A stretch of 64,000 nt of DNA from Octopus vulgaris (GCA_951406725.2 OX597818.1:43152001-43216000), one strand, 5' to 3'; positions 41,885 to 55,243 are shown, numbered from the stretch's first letter. Notes: generated by a model not told the origin, from the letters alone. A program made the numbers and translations.

Positions 41885-42310
41885 CATGGAGGCTTAATGA
41901 TTAGGGTGTTGGACTTGTAATTGGAAGATTGTGGTTTCAATTTCTGGACTGGGTGCTGTGTTATGTTATTCAGCAAAACACTTAATTTCACATTGCCCCA
42001 GTCTATTCAGTGGGTTAGTGGTTTTCAATCAGGGTTCCACGGAACCTTAGGGTTCCGCAAGAAGTTACAAAACTGCTAAAATCGGCAGTAATTTTTAATT
42101 CTCCTGTGCAGATATATGTGCATAAGACTTTTAAATTATTGCACAGGGGTTCCTCAAGCCAGTGGAATGTTTCCTTGGGGTTCCGCTCCAGCAAAAAGTT
42201 TGAAAAGCACTGCAGTGGGCAAATATGAGTAATCTTGCAATGGACTTGCGTCCCATCCAGGGAGGAATATATATGCCAGAGAAACCAGGAAACTGGCCCT
42301 ATGCTCCTTG
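41885..42310 (+). mobile_element. SINE family C interrupted by a hAT MITE
   Basis: Head at 41885-42015 and tail at 42213-42310 (tggacttgcgtcccatccaggg) match 11309-11563. Confidence 0.75.
42016..42212. mobile_element. hAT-type MITE
   Basis: TIRs TAGTGGTTTTCAA / TTGAAAAGCACTG; 8-bp TSD cagtgggt (42008-42015) / cagtgggc (42213-42220). Confidence 0.85.
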
Positions 42311-43621
42311 CTGAGTAATGTGGACTAATCATAATGCCTAATACCAGTGAACTATCAGAAGGATAAACTACAGTTTGAACCAGAATCTACTGTGACTGTG
42401 TTATTGCAGTAAAGTTGTTAAAAAGATGCAATGTATGTGTGGTTAGTATAATATCAGAACAATGTTTAAGAATAACACTAAACTTAATAAATATCTCACC
42501 AAAGTTAAACCTATTCATAGAAAAATTGATTATACATATAATATCTCATCCATATGTAAACATTAGACTATTGTGACATCAGAATGTTCTAATCAGAAAG
42601 GAAACAAAGAAGTTTAATGTCAAAACATGTCTGGCATGAGAATGGAAATGATATTCCTGTATGGTTTAGCATTTTCATTGACAACAAAGAACTATGACAG
42701 ACAATATGGAAAACAGAAAAGCCTTTCTGAATGAGAACCTGATCTTGTAAACCTAACACCAAATTCAATCTCATATGGCTTTCACTGTTAATAATGAGGT
42801 TAATTATCATATGAATTGACATATATTTGTATTTACTTTTATCCTTAAAGGATAAATGTGTTGAAACCCTTGTGAAACAAAAGTTTGTTAGTGCAATCCC
42901 AGTCTGAACATTCATATATGCATGTACATTTAAATGTCATCTAATAATGGTCAGAACCTACTAAGGCATTTAAAATGTTGTTTTAAAAACAAGGTTTTAT
43001 CAGCATTACCTATTTCATTAACACCCTAAAAATGAAAGGCAAAGTCAGCTTTAGTTATATTTCAAATATTTGGCATTTAATTAAATATCATAGAGCATTT
43101 AGTCCAGTGCTGTACCATTTAATTCATCCGGTGGCCTAAGCTAAAGAAGACATAACAACTCACTAGGAGGGGGAAAATATAAAGAGACTTAAGGATAACA
43201 TTTCATATTATTGGTATTGCACTGTGTGTCAGTAGTAGGAACAATTAACTCTTACCGGCCCAGTTCATGAAGCTATGCATAGTTGCCATGAACACTGGAT
43301 AGTGACAGAGGCTCTATGATTAATACATTGCATTGTTAGTTTGCATTCTCAGGAGCTTTGCAAGGCAAGACAACAGGACTACAGTCTTATTGTGCATTCT
43401 TGAATCACTACATGTTTTCAGTATTGTCTAAACAACCAAATCTGATAGGGATATTAATGTGTATGTGTGTGTGTGTACATACTAGCAGGTGGTGCATATT
43501 GATATTGTATTGTTTATACAACAATAAGGTAGCTGAGTATGCATGTGTATTTGTGCATATGTGTTTGCATTTTTATATATGTGTGTGTTTATATATATCC
43601 ATATATATGTATATATATCTT

Positions 43622-43933
43622 AACTTCTGGCATTCTGTCGGTTATGACAAGCATTCCAATTCATCTGACCAATGGAACAGCCTGCTCGTGAAATTAATGT
43701 GCAAGGGGTTGAGCACTCCACGGACACCTGTACCCTTAATGTAGTTCTCAGTGAGATTCAGTATGACACATGTGACAAGGCTGGCCCTTTTAAATACAGG
43801 TAACACTCCCCTTTGCCAACTGAATGAACTGGAGCAGCATGAAATAAAAATGTCTTGCTCAAGGGCACAGCATGCTGCCGGCTATCAAACTCAGGACCTT
43901 ATGATCATAAGCCAAAATACCTTAACCACTACG
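43622..43933 (-). mobile_element. tRNA-derived SINE with a family C-like head and a different body
   Basis: Minus head GTAGTGGTTAAGG...GAGTTTGATAGCCGG, then gtgcccttgagcaagacatttttatttcatgctgctccagttcattcagttggcaaa. Confidence 0.7.
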
Positions 43934-43964
<31 letters not shown>

Positions 43965-44385
43965 TTAATGTCCAGTCTTCATGCTGGCATGGGCTGATGA
44001 GCTTGACAAGAGCTGGCAAGCTGGAAGGATTTGCACCAGGTTCCAGCCATCTGTTTTGGCATGGTTTCTATGGCTGAATACTCTTCCAAATGTCCACCAC
44101 TTGATAGAGTGTACTGGGTGCTTTCCACATGGTGCCAGTGCTGGTGCTTTTTATGTGACATCAGCACAGGTGCTTTTCACATGGTGCCAACTCAGGTGCT
44201 ATGAGTTTGACAGATCTTCTTCAACACAGCATGTTGTGTTCCTTTATCATTTTTGTGATATTTATCCTCCTGAAACAACCTTGCACCATTTCTGCCTGAG
44301 TTTTTCTTAATCTTTCTCTTCTACAGTTACCTTCCACTTGGATTTTATGACACTTCTTTACACATTTATCATTATCCATTCACAG

Positions 44386-44760
44386 CACGTAAAAAGCACC
44401 ATTTGAGCGTGATCGTTACCTGATTTGCCTTACTGGCACTTGTGCCAGAGGCACGTGAACAAAACATTCGAGAGAGGTCATTGCCAGTGCCGCTAGACTG
44501 ACTCCTGTGCAGATGGCACGTAAAAAGCACCATTTGAGCGTGGCTGTTGCCAGTACTGCCAGACTGGCCCTCATGCCGGTGGCGCATAAAAGCACCCACT
44601 ACACTCTCGGAGTGGTTGGCATTAGGAAGGGCATTCAGCTGTAGAAACTCTGCCAGATCAGATTGGAGCCGGGGGCAGCCATCTGGCTCGCCAGTCCTCA
44701 GTCAAATCGTCCAACCCATGCCAGCATGGAAAGCAGATGTTAAATGATGATGATGATGAT
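44386..44760 (+). mobile_element. Young family D insertion inside the RTE LINE
   Basis: High identity to 7645-8060; splits the host GHI|L*MDN motif. Confidence 0.85.
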
Positions 44761-45043
44761 TATATGTCCATTCCTTCAGTGTCCTCCCTATGGCTACACC
44801 ACATTTGATGCCTTTTATACCTAATCTTTCTTCCAGTTCATTTGTGTTTCATCATTCATGCACACTATCATTACACAATTGCTCATCCAGCATAGCTTGC
44901 TTGCTTCATTTCTTCTTAGCCTTTTCACTTCCTTTGCATTCAATACTCTTGTTTTACTCCCATGCAATGTTACACTTCTGGTTCAAGTGTCATACAGTTC
45001 ATCCTTTGTTTGAAGACAGAAACACCTTGTTACCAGAAGTAAT

Positions 45044-47156
45044 CTTGAAATTCTAACCGAGGCTTCCGCACTTCTGGACTGGCGATCCCTGATGACGTTG
45101 TCCTCTGTTGACGAACTATGGTCATCCCTCAAAGCATATGTAATCTGTTTGACTGACCAGGCAGTTCCCGTTGGGCTTCCCAAGAAGAAGAAACACAAAC
45201 CCTGGGTGACGAAGAAGGTTAAACGAGAACGTCAACTCAGAGATATTGCTTGGGCTGAATTCAAAAATCTGGATTCGACTGCAGCTTTTGAGGTGTACAA
45301 ATCTCAACGAGACCGAGCCGTGAAAATTGAAAATAAAGAACGCTTCAGTTATGAATACAAAATCGCGGCAAATGCCAGTAGCAATCCAAAAACCTTCTTT
45401 GCCCATGTCCAGCGGAATTCCCGCTTGAACAACCAGATTGCAACGTTGGTAGACTCAACAGGCGTATCGATTGAGGACCCTTATCAACAGAGTCAATTAT
45501 TTGCCAAGGCTTTTTCAACTATTTTCAAACAAGATGATGGTCGTGAACCCCCTCCATTTGATAGATCGGTACCTCCAATGCTTCGATTGGTCATCACGCG
45601 GGACGAAGTCAAACGTGTTATTCAAGGCCTCGATGTCAACAAGGGTCACGGCCCTGACGGCATACACCCATGGGTTATCAAAGCGTTGGCTCCGGTCATC
45701 TGCGAGCCCTTAACACGACTATTCAATATGTCATTGGCGACGGGTGTTATACCTGCAGACTGGAGAACAGCGATAATCTGCCCAATTTTCAAGAAAGGGA
45801 GCTGCGAAGACCCGCTTAACTACCGACCGGTTTCCCTTACATCAATAATCAGCAAGATGTTCGAAACCATCCTTAAGAAAAGTATGATGCTCCACCTCCT
45901 AAACACAGCCTCTATCTCTGATTCCCAACACGGCTTTGTGCCGAAGAGATCATGCTTGACCAACTTACTAGTAATGGAAGAATTGGTGACGCGCATCCTT
46001 GATGATAGTGATGCTGTTGACATCGTTTTATTGGACTTTGCCAAAGCTTTTGACTCGGTAAACCACCGCCTATTACTTGTCAAGCTTCAAGCATATAGTT
46101 TCCATCCGGATATTGTACGATGGGTTGGTGCCTTCCTCTCAGATCGCTCCTTCCAAGTCCAAGTTAATGGTTCGCGGTCCGACGTCTCCAGTGCGAGCAG
46201 TGGCGTGCCTCAAGGTTCAGTGCTTGGGCCCTTGTTGTTCTTAGTCTTCATAAATGACTTGCCCGACGACCTCACACAACATACCCTTCTATTTGCCGAC
46301 GATATCAAACTGGTCGCTCCTCGCGGTAATATAGAGGATCTTCATCGATGCCTCCACCAAATTTGGAAGTGGTCTAACAATTGGGACCTGTGTCTGAACG
46401 TGTCAAAGTGCTGTCATCTGCCTGTCGGCTCTACTCCTGCAACTCAACTTGATTTCGAGCCAGGTCGTCTGCTGCTGGAGAGGACCGATCAGGTAAAGGA
46501 CCTGGATATCTTGGTGGATTCCTCCTTTTCGCCTTCGGCCCAGTGCGTCCATGCTGCCAACAAAGCACGCGGAATTCTGTTCTTGATTCGACGGTCATTC
46601 GGAATGCTCACAGCAGCCATATTCCTACCATTCTATGTCACGCTGGTGAGACCCATATTGGAGTATGGGATTTAAGCCTCTTCTCCTTATCTCCTCAAAG
46701 ACATACAGCATCTCGAAAGAGTCCAGAAGCTGGCTACCCGCATGGTTCATGGTCTCAAAAATTTATCCTACGAAGAAAGGCTGAGGACGCTCGACCTTTA
46801 TTCTCTTGAAAAACGCCGCCGCCGTGGTGATCTCATTCTCGCCCACAACATCATAAGCGGAAAGTGTAACCTCTCGAAAGAGCTGTTCTTCACTCCTGCT
46901 CCAGAGCGTCGGCTGCGGGGTCATTCCGAAAAGCTCTACCTGCGAAGATTTCATCTCAATCGAAGGAGAGGAGCTTTCTCCGTCCGGGTTGCGGATCCGT
47001 GGAACAAGCTGCCAGACGAGATGGTGAAGATGCCGACGACCGCTTTGTTCAAAGCCTCCCTGGACCTCAAGTGGCCTGAACTCTTTACATGAACACCACC
47101 CTGTACTTAACTCCATGTCCCCCTACATGGCCTTGCTATTTGCTTTTGAGCCAAAT

Positions 47157-47191
<35 letters not shown>

Positions 47192-47192
47192 T
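45044..47192 (+). mobile_element. 5'-truncated CR1/L2-group (Jockey superclade) non-LTR retrotransposon with (TAAC)n tail
   Basis: GC-richer block with CpGs retained; RT ORF; short 3' UTR; (TAAC)n at 47157-47190; TAAT duplicated at both junctions. Confidence 0.95.
45092..47092 (+). pseudogene. LINE ORF2 reverse transcriptase (endonuclease lost by truncation; single in-frame stop at 46673-46675)
   Basis: Motifs GPDGIHP, PIFKKG, NYRPVSLTS, QHGF...RSC.TNL, LDFAKAFDSV, GVPQGSVLGPLLF, FADD, LRGH...FSVRV...WNKLP. ORFs 45092-46675 and 46742-47092 share one frame. Confidence 0.95.
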
Positions 47193-48373
47193 AGTTCTTT
47201 AAACTTTATGCATCCCATTCTAACTTTGGTCGCTATGCTTTCAGAACACTCACATCTACTGTTGACTGGAGGTAGAGCATTTAAGTTACAAAGGCTATCA
47301 ACTACTTTTATGTAGTGTTCAGAGAAATTGATAGAATTTATTTCACAGATGCCCTTACTTTTAACTACTCTTGTACACCTTCCATATACAGTCTTCCTTT
47401 ACTGCCATCCTGCCTGTAATCATCCTTTCTGCTAGAAGACACTTCTGTTAAAGTTGAATGCTCACAACTACTTGTCTGTTCTATTTCTTGATCAGAATGA
47501 AATCTATTTTCTTTCTGTGTTCATCAGATTGGTGGGTGATCAAGAAACTGACTGATATTCTGAAATTAGCATTGCAAATGGTTGAATCATTTGCACAACA
47601 GAGACTTAATCCCTTCTCATTTGTAGACATATACACTGGAGTAGCTGCCTTGGTACTGCTCAGTATGTCTACAAAACTCACCAGCCATGTTTAGGAAGTC
47701 TCTGTCATTTGTGATCAATGTAGCCCCTAGGAAAGCCTCATTGAAACCGTCCCTTTGCTCATCTGTCAGTCTCATTTGTGGTACATAAGCAGAGATAACA
47801 ACTGTAGTAATGTTGCCTATGACTAGCCTAATCTTAATTATTCTGTCACAATAATCTCATATATTTCGACTCACACACAATATCACACAAGACAACTGAT
47901 GATCCTGTATATGCCTTATCTGCCGGATTTTTTTAAAGGAAATTCTTCATAGTAATTTCTCATTGCTTTCTCCAAGTAGGCATGAGAGATAAGGATGCTC
48001 TTACTTTGCTTAAGATATATGAATAAATGTATAAAATGCAGTTCAGAAGTTTGCTACTACTAATAATGATGATGATGAAGATGATGAAGATGATGATGAT
48101 AATGATGATGTTGTAGTAATTGTAGTTCTTGTGGTTCTGCTCCTTCAGATTTCGGTGGGAGGTGAGGGTAAAATAGTGTTGCATTCAAGCCTTTTTCCCA
48201 CCCTAATTTAACATTAATAATATTAAGTAAAATGTCTGTAGCTGGAAATTGAAACTTCAACATGGATTTGGCATCCAAGGAACTCAATATCATCATCATC
48301 ATCATAAACTATATTTACATCCTCTCTCAATCTCTTTTTCACTTGTGTGTGTGTTTGTGTGTGTGTGTGTGTT

Positions 48374-48404
<31 letters not shown>

Positions 48405-48984
48405 AGGGCTGCTGTTCCATACAATATGCAGAGAAATATTCATGGAGGAAATATTTTGTTGATGGTTAGAATAATGAGTTTGTCCTTTTCTTTCTCTCTC
48501 TCTCTCACACACAACCATTCTCCTCTCCTTCACTCACTTTCTCAATAAACTCATCAAATTTTTGAATAAATATACATATATTTTCTTTAAAAAAAAATCT
48601 TCTGGGAATTTTTGTTTTTGTGTTGATTATTCTAATTATGCTTTTCTTTGCTTTTGAGTTTTTTGCTGTTGTTGTTTTAAATGGTTTTACTGGCTGTCAA
48701 GGCTATATTGTGGAAAATAATGAATGGCTGGCTTATCCTTATCAAAACTATCATTTTTGAACCCTATCAACATTAAAAGATGCACACACACACTCACAGA
48801 ATCCTCACACTCACTCATATATATAAATGCATGTAAATATATTTACGGCTATATACACATATGATTGTGTGTGTGTGTGTATGTGTGTGCATGTGTGTGT
48901 GTATGTGTGTGTGTCTGTGTTTGTGTGTGTGCATGCATGGGTATATATATGTATAGATTTGCACATATTTCTCTGTGTGCGAAT

Positions 48985-49006
48985 GTATATATGTATGGAG
49001 AAATAT

Positions 49007-49038
<32 letters not shown>

Positions 49039-49048
49039 GTATGGAGAA

Positions 49049-49101
<53 letters not shown>

Positions 49102-49232
49102 GGTTTGGTGGAACAAACAAAAGAAATAGAACTCAGTACGTAAGAGTGTGTATGTATATATATATATATATGTGTGTGTATACACACACACACACATCTA
49201 TATGCACATATGTGCATATATTTATGAATGCA

Positions 49233-49284
<52 letters not shown>

Positions 49285-49665
49285 CACATATACACACACT
49301 CCTTGCCTGACACTGATCAGAAGATGGAATGTTATGAAGATTGTATAATTATGTGTATGTGTGTGTATGCATACTTGCTGAAATATATGCATATGCATGT
49401 GTGTGTGTGTGAATGTATACATACATGAAGAAATAAATATATAAATATATATTATAGGTCTGGTGGAACAAACAGGGGAGATATAACTCAAGGCATAAGA
49501 GCGTGAGTGTGTATACATATATATTAATACAGACATATGCACACATCTATGCACATGCTACATTAATACATACATGTATAAATGTTTATATATATCCACA
49601 CATATGCATACATTCATTTTCTTGACACTGATCGGAAGGTGGAATGTTATGGGATTGCATAATTA
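48985..49665. repeat. Diverged tandem duplication interleaved with microsatellites
   Basis: Blocks aggt.tggtggaacaaaca...aactca...taagag and tgacactgatc.gaag.tggaatgttatg..gattg.ataatt each occur twice (~49100/49455 and ~49308/49623). Confidence 0.85.
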
Positions 49666-50030
49666 TATATTTTCAGGAGAGATATGTTGTTAATAATCAC
49701 GTAATAGTTTGAGGCTCTTTAATTGTTTGAAACAGATTAGCTTATAACATCTTTTTAATATTTTTCCTTCCAAAGGTGTGTACATGTATGCAAATATTTT
49801 GTTATCAATTCTTATTGATTTCGCTACTCTGATGGAATGATATTGAAGAAAAATTCTTTCTCTATTTCTATATCTTGTAGTGATAGATCACAGATTTTTA
49901 TCAGAAAAAAATTTTAGGCAATATCCCTTGTTATACTTGCTTTAGATTTTCAAACTGAAGCATTCCATTGATAAAAACTATTGCTCAAAAAAAATGCATA
50001 TTCAAATATTCAAATTTATTTTTCCAGCAA

Positions 50031-50062
<32 letters not shown>

Positions 50063-52700
50063 CCAAGTTGATATAGAATGACAACAAATTCTAATATGAA
50101 CAAGTCTCTCTGGTTTATCAATCAATACTCCCTACATAAATATATTATTTTTGTCACTGCAGTTTTATCTGGTCATTTTTGCATTGATGGTTATAAAATT
50201 ATTATTGTTTGGTAAATGTTATATTTTTCCTGTTTATACATGTCTTGTTTCATTCTCTCCAGTTTTTAGGTGTAAAAGTAATATAATGTTGGCAGCTAAA
50301 TGTCAAGTTTGTTGTATAAAACTGCTATAAACAAGAGCAAAAACAAATCTTCATTAATAAATATAATAATATTTCTCTTTCCCCTGCAAAACTATTAGCC
50401 AAATTCCAGGAATGTCAGTTTGGCTTTTCTGCTTATATTTATTGGGGAATTTTTTTTTATTTCTTCTTTTGAGAAAACAGTATAGAAGTTTGGAAAAACA
50501 AAACCACAAAAACATGAAAGAATGATAATCATAACAGAATAAAATATTCTCTCCATAAGCAGAATCAGTGGAATTTTTGCCATTAGCTACATGCTGAGGA
50601 ATTTTACCATTAGAAATGTCACTTCTGACAACATTATTGACTGTAAAGCATCTTGATGGCATTAAAATGCATTGGAAAATCTTGAATGCCATGAGGTGAA
50701 TATTGTTGAAAGTGGTTCAGTTGAGGTGAAGAATTTTTCCCCCCATTAGTAAACAGCTGAATTGATGTCTATCATTCTTGTTGAAATCTCTTATTATTTT
50801 TCCCTATTCCTTAGTCAGCAAATACCATGACATTTGATCAACCTGACCTACAATAATACATTGAATTGTTCCATTCCTCTGTTTTGATACATACTCTTAA
50901 ATGTTAACTTCCTCAGGTTACATTTATTACCAGTGGTTTCTTTTTGGCTTTTAATATGGTCTGTAAATTTAGTATACTATTAAATTTAATGAGAATCTGA
51001 AAGTAGGTCTGTGATTAATTAAATTTAACATGTAGCTTATTGCAATGTAATTCATGGAAAAATCTTTAGAAATGAAATTTTTTTCTTTTTTCTTCTTCAA
51101 AGAGATATATAGTTCTACTATTATTTACAAGCTTTAGTTCTGAAGTGCATAAACTTTTAATATCTTTATTTTGAAGATAAAAGTGTCATGTTTTAGTGAA
51201 GTATGCAAATTCAAGCATTTACATACCTACAACAAAGCCAGGGACTAAAAAACATTACCCTATTGCTGTTGTTTTGTTTAATAATAGGTAAATAATAGAA
51301 CAAAGCATTGTTTTTGCACTGATTGCTTCTTAGTTTTGAATATATTTTTTAACAAAAATTACTGTTGCATTTTTTTTCTCTAAGCAATCTTTTTTGAAAC
51401 TATATCTCGTCATTTACATTGCTAATGCTTTTGGCAAAGCAAAAAGATGATAATTAGAAAGAAAGTATTGTCTTTCCGAAAATATTTTCAAGCTTCTTTG
51501 TTCTTTTTTAATTAATAGAATTTGTTTTCCTGTTCATGTCACTTTAGACCAAGACATTGTAATGAACCCACACTGAGTCTACTTTCATTTTTCAACACCT
51601 CACTTATTACTACATACATACATGCATATACATGTATGTATATTGTGCATTAAAATATTTTAATTGTAAATTTATCTTCTAAAAAAAAATAGAAATTCAT
51701 CTAATTGTCTGCCTATCACCATTGTCTATCATTCTATCATTAATAGTTTCATGAATATCTATCTAGAATTCTGCCAGTTACATTAGATATATTCATCAAT
51801 GGAAAGCGCTAAGTATTAAAAGAGATAAAGGTTTTTACAAGGAACTTCGTTCTGATTAGAAATTAAAAAGTCTCTGAATATAAAGCTTTAAAAGATAAGC
51901 TTGCAATTGTAAAGTTGGTTCTTCAAAGAATTCTTTTTTCCAGGTAATTACTTTATTTGTGGATATTTCTTAGCTTTATAGCTTTCCCAATATTCAACTC
52001 AGAATCCATATAAATGAATAAATATTCTGGTCATACTGCCCTAAATAATGAAATTCTCTACCCTTCCTTTCCATTTTTCTTTCTTTCTTTCTTCTTTTTT
52101 TGCTTCTATCCATTCTTCCTACTTTCTCCCTTCTAGCAACTTTCCCCCTTGCTGTTTCTTTCCTCTCTCTACCTTTATTCTTCATGACTATCTACATCTT
52201 TTATCTCACTGTTTCAACATATTCTTTCCTTCTTTTCTTCTTTCCACATTACATCTTCTGCATCCCCTTTCCTTTTCCAATATTTATCAGCTCTCAACTT
52301 TGTCTATGCCTTTGAGCTGTTGCAGACATTTGCATTTTTGTATATTTTCCTCCCAGTATTTATTTTCAATTCTCTTTCCTCAATTCAGGCATATGCCATA
52401 TTATTTTCATCATTTGTGTGCCCTTTTCTTCTTTTGCGTGACGGTGGAGGAGGTTGTATGCTTCATAACCTTCTGTCAGTGTTATTTTAAAATTTACACT
52501 CTCTTTTTCTTTGTTCTTTTTTCTTTTTTTTTTCTTCTTTTTTTTTTTACATTGCATAATGGTAATCACTGTGGCTGCCTTTTGAAGATGCAGATATTAA
52601 TGTCTTTTTTTTTTACTCTATTTTGTATGAAATAAAAATGACTGTATTTCTGAATGGCTATATATGTGTGTATGTAATGTGTGTTTATGTGCACACACAT

Positions 52701-52750
<50 letters not shown>

Positions 52751-52893
52751 ACACACACACACACATGTATGTATCTATATATGTGTGTGTGTGTATATGT
52801 GCTTAAATGTGTATGTAGATGTGTGTGTGTTCATTATCATTTATGTCTGCTTTTCCTGCTGGCATGGATGTTCACTTACATATTTTGTGTGTG

Positions 52894-52930
<37 letters not shown>

Positions 52931-53149
52931 ATGTTCACTCAGTTGAAAATGAGTACATCTGCTCTAGAAGGGCACCTTACGGGCTATTAGCCCCAAATAT
53001 TGCAAATGCAAGATGTCAACAGCAGGAGAACAGTAAACAGCACATGGTTAATATGTTTACACATATTACCTAACATAGCATGAAAAACAAAGAAGAATCC
53101 AACTGGCTGAACCCATATGCATATAACTTGAATATATGAAACGGGTGAC

Positions 53150-54150
53150 AGGAGAAACCAGAAAAAAAGTTTCAAGAGAATTTCCTTCTTGTCAATACCA
53201 GGAAAAGTTTTCAATAGAATCCTTCTTGACAAAATTAAAGTAAAACCAAAAGAACTATTAAGAGAGAACCAATTCAATTTTAGACCTAGTAGAGGTACAG
53301 TCAATACCCTTTTTATAGTCAAACAGATAATTGAAAAGGCAAAAGGACATCAAGTTCTCTTATACATTTCAGTTTCATTGGCTTTAAAAGTTACCTTTGA
53401 TAGGATTTAGAAGACAGCTCAATGGAAGATGGGGCGGGGGGGGCAATATGTGTAGACCCTAAGAGTAAATTATAGAGGTACTGTATAGAGGCGGCGAGCT
53501 GGCAGAAACGGTAGCACGCCGGACGAAATGCTTGGCGGTATTTCGTCTGCTGTTACGTTCTGAGTTCAAATTCCGCCGAGGTTGACTTTGCCTTTCATCC
53601 TTTTGGGGTCGATAAAGTAAGTACCTTGTTTGTCCCCTCTGTGTTTAGCCCCTTGTGGGTAGTAAAGAAATAGGTACTGTATAACAGTACTGAGTGTTCT
53701 ATGGTCATAGATGGTCAAGTGACGTGTTGGTCTGACGGGTCTGAACAAGGTTAAATGCTCTCCCCCAGTCTTTTCAACTTTTTCAATTGTTATGAGAGAT
53801 AAAAACGTGGAGATGTGAAGCATGTAAAAAATATGGTATGAAATAATTGTTACAAAATGTAATATCTTGACATTTAGCTAGGAATTATTACACTTGATTC
53901 TGAAGTATGATACAGCAAAGAATTAGTTCTTGGCAGTATACTACAAAGTGGATCACAGAATGTGAAAAAACAGGTTGCTCTGGTGTCTTTAGCATTTTGA
54001 AAGACTAAGAAACATGATCTGGAAGAAGTAAGAGGTACCAGCCTGCAGCTCAAAGTTTTGTTCTCCCTACTAACTAACTAACTAACTAACATATGCCTAA
54101 GAAACATGGACCTTAATATCCAAAGTACATGGCTTGTAGATTTTGAAATG
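53150..54150 (+). mobile_element. Decayed RTE-clade LINE RT fragment
   Basis: ISFLSIPGKVFNRILLDKIK...LLRENQFNFRPSRGTVNTLFIVKQIIEKA...TFDRI are RT domains 1-3; continues after the SINE insertion with frameshifts. Confidence 0.8.
53489..53674 (+). mobile_element. SINE family B with internal deletion and 12-bp TSD
   Basis: TSD aggtactgtata at 53476-53487 and 53672-53683. Confidence 0.9.
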
Positions 54151-54159
54151 TGATGTTTG

Positions 54160-54234
<75 letters not shown>

Positions 54235-54849
54235 TACACACATATTTATTTGAAGCTGTGATTTTTCCTTAGTCAATATTCTGAGTTCTCTTCTATTTTT
54301 GATGATAGAAATGAGAAATTGGAAACTATGGTAATGAGACTCTACTTTATATATTCAGTACATCTACATGCTGTATACATAGAGAGAGAGAGAAGGAGAG
54401 TGAGAGAGAACAGTGATCCCATTAACTAAGCTGTTTCAGAGGGTCTGTAGCAGCCATGATCATGACTCTTACCCAAACCCATTAATCTATTTATCTGTTT
54501 GTCTGTCTATTCTCAGGTTCGATAAAATAATGAAAACACCTTGTTAAATGGAATTTTTATTATTATGGAATTGGTTCATCTTTTGCATCAATCATAGCTT
54601 TAATACATAAAGGAACTGACTTTTACAAGTTCTGAACAGTTGTTAGAATTTTGAGCCATTCTTAAAGTGAAATTTACTTTAGCTCTTCCAAAGATGATGG
54701 CAGGTGAAAGAGGCTTACTTGAACCTCCAAAATGCATTATAAATGATTGATTATATTGATCAGTGATCAATATAATCCAGTGATTGTAAAGACAAATCCA
54801 AGTGGTCTATTTCACTTTTGTGCTTTTCATACCAATTTTGAATGATATT

Positions 54850-55243
54850 AGGTGGTATATAAAAAGCACTATCCGAACGTGATTGATGCCAGAGCTGCCT
54901 GACTAGCTCCTGTACTGGTGGCATGTAAAATAGCATTATCCAAACATGGCTGAAGCCAGTGCTCCCTGACTAGTTCCTGTGCCAGTGGCACGTAAAAGCA
55001 CTGTCTGAACCTGATCGATACCAAGCCTGCCTGACTGGCTCCTGTGCTGGTGGCACGTAAAAAGCACCTACTACACTCTTGGAGTAGTTGGCATTAGGAA
55101 GCACAACCAACTATAGAAACAGTGCCCGATCAGATTGGAGCTTGGTGCAGCCACTGATTTTCCAGACCTCAGTCAAACCGTCCAACCCCTGCCAGCATGG
55201 AAAATGGACGTTAAACGATGATGAGGATGATGATGATGATGAT
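54850..55243 (+). mobile_element. Family D repeat
   Basis: Three to four tggcacgtaaaagcac subrepeats, conserved 3' body and (GAT)n tail. Confidence 0.85.

Larger units (their letters stand above)
43934..47850 (-). mobile_element. Old RTE-clade LINE, RT core deleted, hosting two younger insertions
   Basis: Minus translations: APE endonuclease (CDRIIKIRLVIGNITTVVISAYVPQ; NEKG..CCANDSTICNANFR...ITHQS...IDFILI) at 47470-47850; VVDSLC...CSESIATKVRMGCIKFKEL at 47193-47310; LLLVTRCFCLQTKDELYD...ELEERLGIKGI at 44761-45043; MDNDKCVKKCHKIQVEGNCRR at 44210-44385; family D 3' UTR and (GAT)n tail to 43934. Confidence 0.8.

Noticed and set aside
45122-47116. Antisense and alternative-frame ORFs within the LINE
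   Set aside because: Shadow ORFs of the GC-richer RT coding sequence.
47890-47960. CTGATGA...GGAAA as a hammerhead
   Set aside because: Stem II does not close against GAAA, and there is no stem I or III pairing.
50354-50692. 112-aa minus ORF with a protein-like middle (NNVVRSDISNGKIPQHVANGKNSTDSAY)
   Set aside because: No recognisable homology and no suitable GT donor bounding the segment; cannot be supported without a search.
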